Below the pieces are notes generated by a model. It did not search any database. It saw only the letters and a list, made by a program, of their open reading frames with translations, and was not told the origin of the DNA. A program made the position numbers and the translations under genes. Positions 29,201 to 37,810 of a stretch of DNA of 64,000 nucleotides are shown here, in pieces. Origin of the DNA: Spirochaetales bacterium (GTDB taxonomy: Bacteria; Bacillota; Clostridia; Christensenellales; UBA1242); assembly GCA_050178795.1 (NCBI GenBank), contig JBFXFT010000004.1:25630-89629 (forward strand). Direction: 5' to 3'. Within the stretch, counting starts at the first letter, position 1. Every line of letters begins with the position of its first letter.

Positions 29201-29338
29201 ATGGAGCTAGCAGATGCATTATATGGAGTTACAATGGAGGAAAAGGGCGTTAGTAAAATTGTTTCTGTCAAATTATCGGAAGCCGTACAAAACGCAGATT
29301 TGGATAAAAACAAAAACTCTTCAAATGTTGGTGTATAG
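26225..29338 (+). CDS. smc: chromosome partition protein Smc
   Basis: Walker A GPNGCGKSN, coiled coils, hinge, LSGGEKALTA, Walker B LLDEIEAALD; TTG start. Confidence 0.95.
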   Translation: MNFKRIELIGFKSFADKTKVDFDDGITAIVGPNGCGKSNVADAIRWVLGEQRTKLLRGNSMQDVIFAGTTERKSLSYCEVSLVFDNSDRIFDTDYDEVIISRKLYRSGESDYSINKTSCRLKDITNLLYNSGIGRDGYSIIGQGKVEEILNSKPENRRAIFEDAAGISGFKAKKVESERKLERTRDNLTRLRDIIGEIERQLKPMKSQAETAKKFLILKEQLKHLELNNYIYQYDSASDQKKEIGTKIDGYTEDIAQKEEDLQNILINSHQNFEDIKDIDKTTQQLNNELLELTVSLEKHSGDTKVLQEKVNYLKYLTERVEGINAKLESEQLKHVENEKAGSSQSQVLNSLRVESGALEQKLNVLTEEYNSTTNAVNKLNENYITTKSALNNTENRSRMLKEMQREFEGFAGSVKLTLKASEQNDALKKRIVGVVANLISVPEKFVTAVEMALGNAVQNIVTEDEDDAKYIINFLKEKRYGRATFLPMTAIKPRYISDSAKDFLKSKGCFGIASDLISYDDKLDNIFKGLLGATVIVDTLQTAINMAKESRYSFKIVTLEGDVINPQGSITGGSQKNDIANLVGRDREIENLSVQYEKLEKELETIIETRRTLSEKSVVLSNDLKELTNKFNGVQVLLAQQQEKFERLDFLTTSASDEISALINEKANTEASIKSVEKEIKLGQKFDPLEADSLTLANRLVESNLSADAMKDVKEKIAIIRGKLDNLDAHKVELQNSQNVLEENRTSVQNELNLLQNKKYREELNLAKVDTDIENMQERIWEEYELTYTSALPYKAEEYDLKQGLIDYNTTRRDIDKLGYVNVNAIEDCKVLEERYDILSAEANDLIKAEQDLTKIIKELSAEMLERFNTEFEKINNNFMKVFRELFGGGNAKLVLTEPDETGDLLTQGIDIIAEPPGKKLQNITLLSGGEKALTAIAILFAILKLRPMPFCLLDEIEAALDDANVGRFAKYLHKFSNETQFIVITHRKPTMELADALYGVTMEEKGVSKIVSVKLSEAVQNADLDKNKNSSNVGV

Positions 29339-29347
29339 GAGGGCATT

Positions 29348-30244
29348 ATGGGCTTTTTAAAAAACTTAATTAATGGCTTAAGACGCACCAAAGACGCGCT
29401 AGCAAGTAAAATTGAAAGCATTTTTACTGGTGGCGAACTTAATGATGAGTTTTATGAAGAACTTGAGTATGTTTTAATAGGCTCAGATATTGCAGCCTCT
29501 ACGACTGACGAAATAATTGAAGACTTAAAAAATACCGCAAAAACCGAAAAATTAAAGACGGCAGAAGATGTTAAATCGGCTTTAAGAAAAGTGCTTATTA
29601 ATATTTTAGAAAAAGTAGAAATAGAAGCCTTTGAATACCCTTTGGCAATTCTTGTAGTTGGGGTTAACGGAGTAGGAAAAACTACAACTCTTGGTAAACT
29701 TGCAAACTACTTTAAAGAAGAAAAGAAAGAGGTTTTACTGGTAGCAGGAGATACTTTTAGGGCTGCTGCTAGCGACCAACTTTCTGAATGGGCTAAGAGG
29801 GTCAACGTAAAAATTGTAAAACACAAGGAAGGTGCTGATCCATCTGCAGTCGTTTACGACGGAATAGCAAGCGCAAAAGCAAAAGATACAGATGTCGTTT
29901 TAATAGATACAGCAGGCAGGCTTCACAACAAAGTTGGACTTATGGAAGAACTTAAAAAAATTGCTAGGACTGTAGAAAAAAACTATGAAGAAGCAAATTT
30001 TAAAAAGTATTTGGTAATTGACGCTACAACTGGTCAAAATGCAATTTCTCAGGTCAAATACTTTGACGAGGCAGTGGGTATTGATGGTATAATTTTAACA
30101 AAACTAGACGGCACAGCAAAGGGCGGAATAGTTTTAACCATTATGAACGAATTAAACATTCCTGTAACCTTTATTGGCGTTGGCGAAAAGTTGGACGACT
30201 TGCAACCTTTTAGTGCTGTTGACTTTGTAACATCTATCATTTAA
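29348..30244 (+). CDS. ftsY: signal recognition particle receptor FtsY
   Basis: GVNGVGKTTTLGKLA, DTAGR, TKLDGTAKGG. Confidence 0.95.
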   Translation: MGFLKNLINGLRRTKDALASKIESIFTGGELNDEFYEELEYVLIGSDIAASTTDEIIEDLKNTAKTEKLKTAEDVKSALRKVLINILEKVEIEAFEYPLAILVVGVNGVGKTTTLGKLANYFKEEKKEVLLVAGDTFRAAASDQLSEWAKRVNVKIVKHKEGADPSAVVYDGIASAKAKDTDVVLIDTAGRLHNKVGLMEELKKIARTVEKNYEEANFKKYLVIDATTGQNAISQVKYFDEAVGIDGIILTKLDGTAKGGIVLTIMNELNIPVTFIGVGEKLDDLQPFSAVDFVTSII

Positions 30245-30262
30245 AATTTAGTTTGAGGAAAT

Positions 30263-30637
30263 ATGGAGCGAGAAAAAAGAGAAAAAATTGATAATCTTTT
30301 AAAACAGACTCATAATAGTTACGAAACTAAGAGGCATTTTTTGTTGCAAAAATATTTAGACGAACATGCCGAAAATAAAAAAGAAGACAAAACAGGTATT
30401 ATAATTGCCATAGGTGGTAACAACAATAACAATATACGAATGAAAGAACTTTTAAGCAAAATGGACGCAAGTAAAATTATAATTTCAGGCCTACCTGAAG
30501 AGGGTTTAAGTAAAGAAAAAGTTGAAGAACTTTCAAAAGCCATTACCGTGGTTGAAGAACCTGAATTTATGAAAAAAGCCAAAGATAAAGTGCCATTTTA
30601 CAAAAAAGTTGTAGAAATGCACAGCAAAAACCGTTAA
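30263..30637 (+). CDS. hypothetical protein
   Basis: 124-aa ORF with a GAGGAAA SD; charged, contains an N5 run; no family recognised. Confidence 0.5.
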   Translation: MEREKREKIDNLLKQTHNSYETKRHFLLQKYLDEHAENKKEDKTGIIIAIGGNNNNNIRMKELLSKMDASKIIISGLPEEGLSKEKVEELSKAITVVEEPEFMKKAKDKVPFYKKVVEMHSKNR

Positions 30638-30662
30638 AAATGATAGTTAGTGCAAAAAATTA

Positions 30663-30691
30663 TTGACAATATATTAATTATAATATAAAAT
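30663..30691 (+). promoter_or_regulatory. promoter for ylxM-ffh
   Basis: TTGACA, 17 nt, TAAAAT. Confidence 0.55.
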
Positions 30692-30695
30692 ATGA

Positions 30696-30728
30696 GTGTA
30701 AAGTAAAATTGCTTTACACTTATTTTTT
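30696..30728 (+). terminator. hairpin and T-run, likely terminator of the upstream gene, overlapped by the ylxM promoter
   Basis: gtgtaaag/ctttacac stem followed by ttatttttt. The predicted TSS falls inside the 5' arm. Confidence 0.5.
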
Positions 30729-30745
30729 AAAAATCAGAGGGGTTT

Positions 30746-31078
30746 ATGAACCTAGAAAAGAGTTTAGAGGTAAGTTTATTAAACGACTTTTATGGAAAAC
30801 TGTTGACAGATAAACAAGAGGCAATGCTTGTTGATTATTTTGACAACAATATGAGTCTTGCCGAAATTGCAGAGAATAACGGCGTTACTAGGCAGGCGAT
30901 TAGAGACAGTTTAGTAAAGAGCCAAAAACTTCTATATGAGTTTGAAGAAAAACTTGGGTTTATGAAAAAAAACTTGGGTTTAAAGGCAAAACTTACTGAA
31001 ATATTACTAAACGACACTTTGACTTTAAAAGAGTGTAAACAAAAATTAAAGGCTTTACTTGACGAATGGGAGGATTAG
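30746..31078 (+). CDS. ylxM: YlxM-family putative helix-turn-helix protein
   Basis: 110 aa directly upstream of ffh; LSLAEIAENNGVTRQAIRD HTH. Confidence 0.85.
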   Translation: MNLEKSLEVSLLNDFYGKLLTDKQEAMLVDYFDNNMSLAEIAENNGVTRQAIRDSLVKSQKLLYEFEEKLGFMKKNLGLKAKLTEILLNDTLTLKECKQKLKALLDEWED

Positions 31079-31084
31079 CAAAAT

Positions 31085-32404
31085 ATGGCAATTTTTAGCA
31101 GTATAAGCGAAAAATTAAATCATACTTTTTCTAAACTAACTAAGCGCGGAAAACTTACAGAGCTTGAAATTAAAGAGGCAATGCGTGAAATTAGAATTGC
31201 GCTTTTAGAGGCCGATGTTAACTTTATGGTCGTTAAAGACTTTATTAAAAAGGTTAGTGACAAAGCAGTTGGGGAAGACATTTTAAAAAGTTTAACTCCG
31301 GGTCAACAAGTAATAAAAATTGTAAATGACGAACTTACTGCCTTAATGGGTGGTACGGCTACCAAACTTGAAGTTAGTTCTAAACTTCCAACGGTAATTA
31401 TGCTGTGCGGACTTCAAGGAGCAGGCAAAACTACAATGGCTGGCAAACTTGCTTTAATGTTAAAAAAGCAAGGCAAAAAACCACTGTTAGTTGCGTGTGA
31501 CATTTACAGACCTGCGGCAATTAATCAGTTACAAGTTTTAGGCAAGCAAATTGCAATAGAAGTATTTGAAAAAGGCAAAGAGCAACCCGTAAAAATAGCA
31601 AAAGAGGCAGTAGCCTATGCTAACAAAATGGGGTACGATACAGTTATTTTAGACACTGCTGGTAGACTTCACATAGATGAAACCTTGATGAATGAATTAC
31701 TAGACATTAAAAAAGCGCTAAACCCTACTGAAATACTTTTAACAGTTGACTCTATGACAGGTCAAGACGCGGTAACAGTTGCCGAAAACTTTAACAACAA
31801 GTTAGACATTACAGGCGTAATTTTAACCAAACTAGACGGCGATACTCGTGGCGGTGCTGCTTTAAGCATTAAGGCGGTAACAGGCAAACCAATTAAGTTT
31901 AGCGGTATTGGCGAGAAGTTAAGCGATATTGAAGTTTTTCACCCAGACCGTATGGCAGGCAGAATTTTAGATAGGGGCGATGTTCTTACCCTAATTGAAA
32001 AGGCTCAAAGCGTAATTGACGAGGAAGACGCAAAAAAAATGCAAAAAGCCTTCCTACAAAACACCTTTACTTTTGAAGACTATTTGGCTCAGTTTGAAAG
32101 TCTTAAAAAAATGGGTAATATGGGCGACTTACTAGGTATGATACCAGGTATGGGTAAGTATAAGGGCGCTATTGCAAACATAGACGAACATAAAATTTTA
32201 AAACAAAAAGCAATCATACAATCAATGACAAAAGAAGAACGTTTGCACCCAGAACTTATAAAGTCTAGTAGAAAAATTAGAATAGCAAAAGGCAGCGCTA
32301 CAAGCGTGCAAGATGTCAACGCTTTACTAAAACAGTTTGAGCAAACCAAACTTATGATGAAACAGTTTAAAAAAGGCAAAACCTTTCCCAAAATGGGTTT
32401 TTAA
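31085..32404 (+). CDS. ffh: signal recognition particle protein Ffh
   Basis: GLQGAGKTTMAGKLA, DTAGR, TKLDGDTRGG, Met-rich M domain. Confidence 0.95.
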   Translation: MAIFSSISEKLNHTFSKLTKRGKLTELEIKEAMREIRIALLEADVNFMVVKDFIKKVSDKAVGEDILKSLTPGQQVIKIVNDELTALMGGTATKLEVSSKLPTVIMLCGLQGAGKTTMAGKLALMLKKQGKKPLLVACDIYRPAAINQLQVLGKQIAIEVFEKGKEQPVKIAKEAVAYANKMGYDTVILDTAGRLHIDETLMNELLDIKKALNPTEILLTVDSMTGQDAVTVAENFNNKLDITGVILTKLDGDTRGGAALSIKAVTGKPIKFSGIGEKLSDIEVFHPDRMAGRILDRGDVLTLIEKAQSVIDEEDAKKMQKAFLQNTFTFEDYLAQFESLKKMGNMGDLLGMIPGMGKYKGAIANIDEHKILKQKAIIQSMTKEERLHPELIKSSRKIRIAKGSATSVQDVNALLKQFEQTKLMMKQFKKGKTFPKMGF

Positions 32405-32462
32405 ATTTGATTAATTTTTTAAATTAATATATACTAAAAATAATTATGGAGGACATAAAACA

Positions 32463-32723
32463 ATGGCAGTAAAAATTAGATTAGCAAGACTTGGCTCAAA
32501 GAAGGCTCCTTTCTATCGCTTAGTTGTTGCAGATTCAAGAGCACCTAGAGACGGCAAGTTTATTGAGGTTTTAGGTAACTATAACCCTATGACTGAACCT
32601 GCTGCAATTTCCGTAAACAACGAAAAAGTTTTGGAATGGCTAGGCAAGGGCGCACAACCTACTGAAAGCGCTAGAGCAGTTTTAGTTAAAAGCGGCGTTA
32701 TTGAACCTAAAAAATCAAAATAA
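32463..32723 (+). CDS. rpsP: 30S ribosomal protein S16
   Basis: [26 protein letters not shown]. Confidence 0.95.
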   Translation: MAVKIRLARLGSKKAPFYRLVVADSRAPRDGKFIEVLGNYNPMTEPAAISVNNEKVLEWLGKGAQPTESARAVLVKSGVIEPKKSK

Positions 32724-32739
32724 TTGAGGGGATTGAAAA

Positions 32740-32982
32740 GTGGAAAAAATTGTAGAATTCATTGTTAAAGAATTAGTTGCCAATAAAGATGCAGTTTCTG
32801 TAACTTCAATTGAAGAGGGCGATAACAACATAACAATTAAAGTAACAGTTGCCGATGAAGATATGGGTAAAGTAATAGGAAAGGGTGGCAAAATTGCTAG
32901 CGCAATTCGCGCCATTATAAGGTCTGCTTCTTCCAATACGGGCAAGAAATACTTTGTAAAAATAGGAGAAAGGGAGGAGTAA
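32740..32982 (+). CDS. KH-domain RNA-binding protein (YlqC family)
   Basis: VIGKGGKIASAIRAI GXXG motif; GTG start; between rpsP and rimM. Confidence 0.85.
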   Translation: MEKIVEFIVKELVANKDAVSVTSIEEGDNNITIKVTVADEDMGKVIGKGGKIASAIRAIIRSASSNTGKKYFVKIGEREE

Positions 32983-33001
32983 AACCTCTCTTTTAATTAA
33001 T

Positions 33002-33502
33002 ATGGCAAGAGTAAGTATTGCAAAAATTTTAAAGCCTCAAGGGCTAAAAGGTCAAGTTAAAGTTATGCCTTATGGCGAGGACGCTAGCGTGTTTGAAAAA
33101 GGCAAAACTCTTTTATTAAAGAACAACGCTGAACTAAAAATTGAAAGTTCAAGTGTGCGTTCTAGCTTTTTGTATATAAATTTTGAGGGTTTTAACACTA
33201 TAGAAGAAGTAGAGACTTTAAGAAGCAAAGAACTATTTATTTTAGAGGACGAACTACCAGACTTAAAAAAAGGCGAATACTATGTAAAAGACCTATTAGA
33301 TATGGAGGTTTATGGAACGAGTGGCGACTTTTTAGGCACAGTGGTTGAAATTGAAAATTTTGGTTCGGCAGATGTTTATACCCTAAAAAATGGTTTAAAT
33401 GAGGTCACATTTGCATTCGTTACAGGACTTTTTGAAAAGGTAAATTTTGACGAAAACAAAATAGTTGTCAACTCTAAACTTTTTGAGGAGGTAGTGGTAT
33501 GA
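33002..33502 (+). CDS. rimM: 16S rRNA processing protein RimM
   Basis: KPQGLKGQVKV N-terminus, PRC barrel; ends in TGA overlapping the trmD start. Confidence 0.9.
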   Translation: MARVSIAKILKPQGLKGQVKVMPYGEDASVFEKGKTLLLKNNAELKIESSSVRSSFLYINFEGFNTIEEVETLRSKELFILEDELPDLKKGEYYVKDLLDMEVYGTSGDFLGTVVEIENFGSADVYTLKNGLNEVTFAFVTGLFEKVNFDENKIVVNSKLFEEVVV

Positions 33503-34170
33503 AAATAGACATTTTAACACTATTTCCTAAGATGTTTGAAGCGCTTGACGAGAGCATAATAGGCAGAGCAAAAGAAGACGGCAAAATTGAAATAAACGTA
33601 ATTGATATAAGGGGATTTAGCAAAAACAAGCACAAAAAAGTGGACGATTATCCTTATGGCGGTGGTGCAGGTATGCTTATGACACCTCAACCACTATATG
33701 ACGCAATAAGCAGTGTAAAGACCAAAAAAAGTTATGTGGTTTATTTATCTCCATCTGGCAATTTGTTGACGCAAGAGCGCGTTATAACCTTTGCAAAGAG
33801 TTGCGAACATTTAATTTTGGTTTGCGGACACTATGAGGGCATTGACGAGCGCGTAATTCAACTTTTAGTTGACGAAGAGATGAGTATAGGCGATTATGTG
33901 CTAACTGGTGGGGAACTGCCAGCAATGGTGCTTGTAGACGCTGTAAGTAGATATGTAGAGGGCGTTTTGAGCGAAGGCTCTACCGATGAGGAAAGTTTTT
34001 CTAAAGGGTTACTTGAATACCCACAATATACAAGGCCTCAAAAATTTAAGGGGCTTGAAGTGCCAGAAGTTTTAGTAAATGGCAATCACGCAAAAATTAA
34101 AGAGTGGCGAGAAGAAAAGTCGCTACAAAAAACCAAATTGGTAAGACCAGACTTAATAAAAAAACAATAA
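33499..34170 (+). CDS. trmD: tRNA (guanine37-N1)-methyltransferase
   Basis: YGGGAGMLM, GHYEGIDERV, IGDYVLTGGELPAMV. Confidence 0.95.
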   Translation: MKIDILTLFPKMFEALDESIIGRAKEDGKIEINVIDIRGFSKNKHKKVDDYPYGGGAGMLMTPQPLYDAISSVKTKKSYVVYLSPSGNLLTQERVITFAKSCEHLILVCGHYEGIDERVIQLLVDEEMSIGDYVLTGGELPAMVLVDAVSRYVEGVLSEGSTDEESFSKGLLEYPQYTRPQKFKGLEVPEVLVNGNHAKIKEWREEKSLQKTKLVRPDLIKKQ

Positions 34171-34195
34171 TATGTTTTTAAAAGGAGTGTTTATT

Positions 34196-35164
34196 ATGGT
34201 AATTCAATGGTTTCCTGGGCATATGAGTAAAGCCTTAAAAATGATGGAAAACGAAATGAAAGTAATAGATGTTGTGCTATATGTTCTTGATAGCAGAGCA
34301 CCTTATTCGTGCGTCAATCCTAGTTTTTTAAGGGTTATTGAAAATAAGCCAATTATTTATGTTTTAAATAAAAGTGATCTATCAGACGAAAAACTTACTA
34401 TGGAGTGGGCTAAATATTTTGAGCGCCAAGATAACTGCAAAAGCATAATGATAGATAGCACCCTAAGTGGCAGTGGAAAAAGAATTTCGGAGGCAATAAG
34501 GGAGTTATTAAAAGACAAAATTGCAAAGAATACGAATCGCGGAATAGTTATGCCTCTTCGTGCTATGGTAATAGGCGTTCCTAACAGCGGTAAAAGCACC
34601 TTAATAAACAATTTGTGCGGTAAGGGTAAAACTGTTACTGGCAATAAACCCGGGGTTACTAGGGGAAAACAATGGGTTAAAATTGATGATAATATTGAAC
34701 TACTTGATACACCAGGCACTTTATGGCCAAGTTTTGACAACATAGTAGTCGCTAAACATTTAGCCTACATTGGAAGCATAAGCGACAATGTTTTAGATTT
34801 GCCAGACTTAGCATTTGAATTTATTAAGGACGTTCAACAATTAAACTATAAGTTTTTAGAGGATCGCTACGGTTTTGTGACTAGTGGACTAAAAACTCTT
34901 GAAATATTTGACAAAATTTGCGAAACACGAGGCTTTATTATTAAGGGTGGCGAGTATGATTATTTGCGTGGGGCAAAAGCCATTTTAGACGACTTTAGAA
35001 AGGCGCGCATAGGTCACATTACACTAGATAACTTTGAAAATGTGTTTGAAGGAGAAGCCCATGCAGAAATTAATAAACTTTTAAGAATAGAAAGAGAAAA
35101 AAGCAAAAAGGTAGATAGAACAGAGCGCCTAAAAGCCTATAAAAGAAAACATAATAAAAAGTAA
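34196..35164 (+). CDS. rbgA: ribosome biogenesis GTPase A (YlqF)
   Basis: MVIQWFPGHM start after GGAG. Circularly permuted G motifs NKSDL...GVPNSGKSTLIN...DTPG. Confidence 0.9.
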   Translation: MVIQWFPGHMSKALKMMENEMKVIDVVLYVLDSRAPYSCVNPSFLRVIENKPIIYVLNKSDLSDEKLTMEWAKYFERQDNCKSIMIDSTLSGSGKRISEAIRELLKDKIAKNTNRGIVMPLRAMVIGVPNSGKSTLINNLCGKGKTVTGNKPGVTRGKQWVKIDDNIELLDTPGTLWPSFDNIVVAKHLAYIGSISDNVLDLPDLAFEFIKDVQQLNYKFLEDRYGFVTSGLKTLEIFDKICETRGFIIKGGEYDYLRGAKAILDDFRKARIGHITLDNFENVFEGEAHAEINKLLRIEREKSKKVDRTERLKAYKRKHNKK

Positions 35165-35174
35165 AAAAATAATT

Positions 35175-35199
35175 AAAAGCGTTAGAGATAACGCTTTTT
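35175..35199 (+). terminator. intrinsic terminator after rbgA
   Basis: aaaagcgtta/taacgctttt stem followed by a T-run. Confidence 0.65.
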
Positions 35200-35227
35200 A
35201 AATGTTATAATAATTTTAAGGTAATTT

Positions 35228-35851
35228 ATGGCAAAAGAAAAAATTGACAACTTAAAATATGAAAGATATTACTATAAGTTAGGTAAAACTGTAATAGCAG
35301 GGTGCGACGAGGCTGGGCGAGGACCACTTGCTGGTCCTGTAAGCGTTGCCAGCGTTATTATGCCCTTAAAAAAGGAACTAATTATTGAAGGCGTTGACGA
35401 CAGTAAAAAGTTGAGCGCTAAAAAAAGAGACGAATTATACGATAAAATTATTGAAACCGCCACCGCTTACAAAATAGTGTTTAAGGACGAAAAATTAATA
35501 GACCAAATTAATATTTTAGAGGCAACAAAACTGGGTATGAAAGAGGTAATAAATGGTCTTTCGGTGCACCCAGATATGGTATTAATAGACGCCGTTGATA
35601 AGTTAGATATTAATTATCCCTATCAAGCAATAATAAAGGGTGACGAACTATCCTACGTTATAGCGTGCGCCAGCATTTTAGCAAAGGTTAGTAGGGACAG
35701 ATTTATGCTAAAAATGGACGAAGAGTACCCACTTTACAATTTTAAACAACACAAGGGCTATGGCACAAAATATCACATAGAGCAAATAAAAAAATATGGC
35801 GAATGTCCTATACACAGGCAGTCATTTATTAAAAATTTTAAAAAAGGGTAG
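35228..35851 (+). CDS. rnhB: ribonuclease HII
   Basis: GCDEAGRGPLAGPV catalytic motif. Confidence 0.9.
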   Translation: MAKEKIDNLKYERYYYKLGKTVIAGCDEAGRGPLAGPVSVASVIMPLKKELIIEGVDDSKKLSAKKRDELYDKIIETATAYKIVFKDEKLIDQINILEATKLGMKEVINGLSVHPDMVLIDAVDKLDINYPYQAIIKGDELSYVIACASILAKVSRDRFMLKMDEEYPLYNFKQHKGYGTKYHIEQIKKYGECPIHRQSFIKNFKKG

Positions 35852-35853
35852 TT

Positions 35854-36201
35854 ATGGGTAAATTTTTAAATAAAGTAACAGGTACAAAGGGCGAGATTTT
35901 AGCGACCGAGTACCTAAAAAAACAAAAATATAAAATTATAGAGACCAATTACACCACAAAACTAGGTGAAATTGACATAATAGCAAAAGATGATGACACA
36001 CTAGTTTTTGTTGAGGTAAAAACAAGGAGCACAAAGGCTTTTGGGCTACCTCGTGAGGCGGTAACACCATATAAACAGCACAAAATAAGACTACTAGCAA
36101 CTCAGTATTTAAAAGCAAATAAATTGCTGCAAGAAAAGTGCAGATTTGATGTTATAGAAATTTTAGATACTGAAATTACACACTTAAAAAATTGTTTTTA
36201 A
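35854..36201 (+). CDS. yraN: YraN-family endonuclease-like protein (UPF0102)
   Basis: GEIDIIA...VFVEVKTR motif; follows rnhB. Confidence 0.8.
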   Translation: MGKFLNKVTGTKGEILATEYLKKQKYKIIETNYTTKLGEIDIIAKDDDTLVFVEVKTRSTKAFGLPREAVTPYKQHKIRLLATQYLKANKLLQEKCRFDVIEILDTEITHLKNCF

Positions 36202-36213
36202 AAAGTGTTTAAT

Positions 36214-36242
36214 AAAAAAACGAGGGTTAACCCTCGTTTTTT
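36214..36242. terminator. bidirectional terminator between yraN and the minus-strand HAD gene
   Basis: acgaggg-ttaa-ccctcgt flanked by an A-run and a T-run. Confidence 0.75.
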
Positions 36243-36244
36243 GT

Positions 36245-37081
36245 TTATTTTTCTGTTTGTGAGTTTTTACTTTCTTCTTTTTTAATGCTTTGTTCTTTAA
36301 TATTTAGTATTGATTTTTGAATAAAGTTCGCAAGTTCGGAGCCTTCACTATAATCGGCCTTTAAATATTCATTTAAAACACGTTTTTGTTCTAGTGCCAC
36401 CATGTCTGGTTTTTTGCCCCCATTATAAACGCAAATAGAGATTCCACCATATTTTTTCATCTCTTCAAATGCGGCAATGTCGCCCATACTGTCTCCTAGA
36501 TAAATCATGTTAGAAAAATCAATATCATCTCTTCTAATAACTCTGTCAATTGCAATATCAATTTCATTCAGTGTTCCAGCGCTTATTCTATGCAAAAAGA
36601 AGTGTTTATTATTGGTTGTTATGTTTATTTTTGGCCATATTGGCTCGTCATCTTTATTGTAAAGATAGTCGCATCCATAAATTTTTTTAAAGTGTTTTGC
36701 TATTTTAGTCCCATTGATTATTGGTGCATAGTTGGATGAAACAACATAATGTTCTAAAACTATATTATTTTCCCTAGCAAAGTTGTTTATGTGGTCAAAC
36801 CACTCTTCAACACCTTTATGAAAGTCAATTTTTTTGCCTAAGTCTTCAAAAATAGTCCTTGTAAACTTAATGCCAGCTTTTCTAAACATTTCTATTGTTA
36901 CATACATAGACATTAAAGAAATTTCGGCACCTTGTTCCTTTGTAAAGTTAAATGTTTTTTGCCAAACAAATGAATTTTCTAAATTAAGGGGTTTAAAAAG
37001 ACCATAGTCTTGGCTTGTTAATCTTGATAAGGTTTTATCAAAATCATAAACTATTTTGATGGTTGTTGGATTGCTATTCAT
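36245..37081 (-). CDS. HAD-superfamily hydrolase-like protein
   Basis: Motif I VYDFDKTLS (DxDxT), motif IV GDSMGD. Only minus-strand gene in a ~40-kb run. Confidence 0.65.
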   Translation of the reverse strand: MNSNPTTIKIVYDFDKTLSRLTSQDYGLFKPLNLENSFVWQKTFNFTKEQGAEISLMSMYVTIEMFRKAGIKFTRTIFEDLGKKIDFHKGVEEWFDHINNFARENNIVLEHYVVSSNYAPIINGTKIAKHFKKIYGCDYLYNKDDEPIWPKINITTNNKHFFLHRISAGTLNEIDIAIDRVIRRDDIDFSNMIYLGDSMGDIAAFEEMKKYGGISICVYNGGKKPDMVALEQKRVLNEYLKADYSEGSELANFIQKSILNIKEQSIKKEESKNSQTEK

Positions 37082-37228
37082 ATTTACCTCTCAACATCAT
37101 TGTGATACATACATCTTAACATTTATGCCTCACAATGTCAATATATTGTTTTTAAGCGCAGTAATTAAACATATTAAAAGGACTTATTTTAATTACTCTA
37201 AATTAATAATAAAAGTTACAAAAAACGC

Positions 37229-37257
37229 TTGAAATATTGCGTTTATTATGTTATTAT
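37229..37257 (+). promoter_or_regulatory. promoter for rplS
   Basis: TTGAAA, 17 nt, TATTAT. Confidence 0.55.
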
Positions 37258-37261
37258 TACG

Positions 37262-37335
37262 AAGTGACTTCGGGCGGTCCTCTAATTTATAACCTTTTAT
37301 GAACGTCTAGATAGAACAAGGAGGTATAAGTCATT
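37262..37335 (+). promoter_or_regulatory. structured 5' leader of rplS (L19-leader-like)
   Basis: About 75-nt leader with the cgaag-tga-cttcg hairpin and ggcggtcctc; position matches the Firmicutes L19 leader; not model-verified. Confidence 0.35.
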
Positions 37336-37677
37336 ATGAATTTGGTAGATGCTATTGAAAAAGAACAAATTAAAGACAACGTTGCAGATTTTAATGTAGG
37401 TGACACTGTTAAAGTATTTGTTAAAGTAGTTGAAGGCAATAAGGAAAGACTTCAAGCATACGAAGGCGTAGTTATTGGAAGAAGTAACGGCGGCATTCGT
37501 GAAAGTTTTACCGTTAGAAGAATTTCTTTTGGTATAGGCGTTGAAAGAATTTTCCCTTTACATTCCCCTCGTATTGACCACATAGAGGTTGTTAGAAGAG
37601 GTAAAGTAAATAGGGCAAAACTTAATTACTTGAGAGAATTGACTGGCAAAAAAGCTAAAATTAAAGAACAAAGATAA
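37336..37677 (+). CDS. rplS: 50S ribosomal protein L19
   Basis: [27 protein letters not shown]. Confidence 0.95.
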   Translation: MNLVDAIEKEQIKDNVADFNVGDTVKVFVKVVEGNKERLQAYEGVVIGRSNGGIRESFTVRRISFGIGVERIFPLHSPRIDHIEVVRRGKVNRAKLNYLRELTGKKAKIKEQR

Positions 37678-37681
37678 ATTT

Positions 37682-37709
37682 AAAACCAACTTAATTAAGT
37701 TGGTTTTTT
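37682..37709 (+). terminator. intrinsic terminator after rplS
   Basis: aaccaactt-aatt-aagttggtt followed by tttt. Confidence 0.8.
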
Positions 37710-37810
37710 ATTGTTTTTGCTTTTCTTATATATATTAGCCTAAAATTCTTTTCCTTTTTTAAAACATTTGTGCTAGAATAAAAACTGATTAGATGCTTTT
37801 GGAGATATTT

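Noticed and set aside
33499-33502. Possible TGA recoding (Mollicutes-type code 4), given the AT-rich reduced-looking gene set
   Set aside because: rimM terminates on TGA at its expected length. Trp is encoded by TGG (for example in the WCGPC of trxA). All homologues are full length under code 11.
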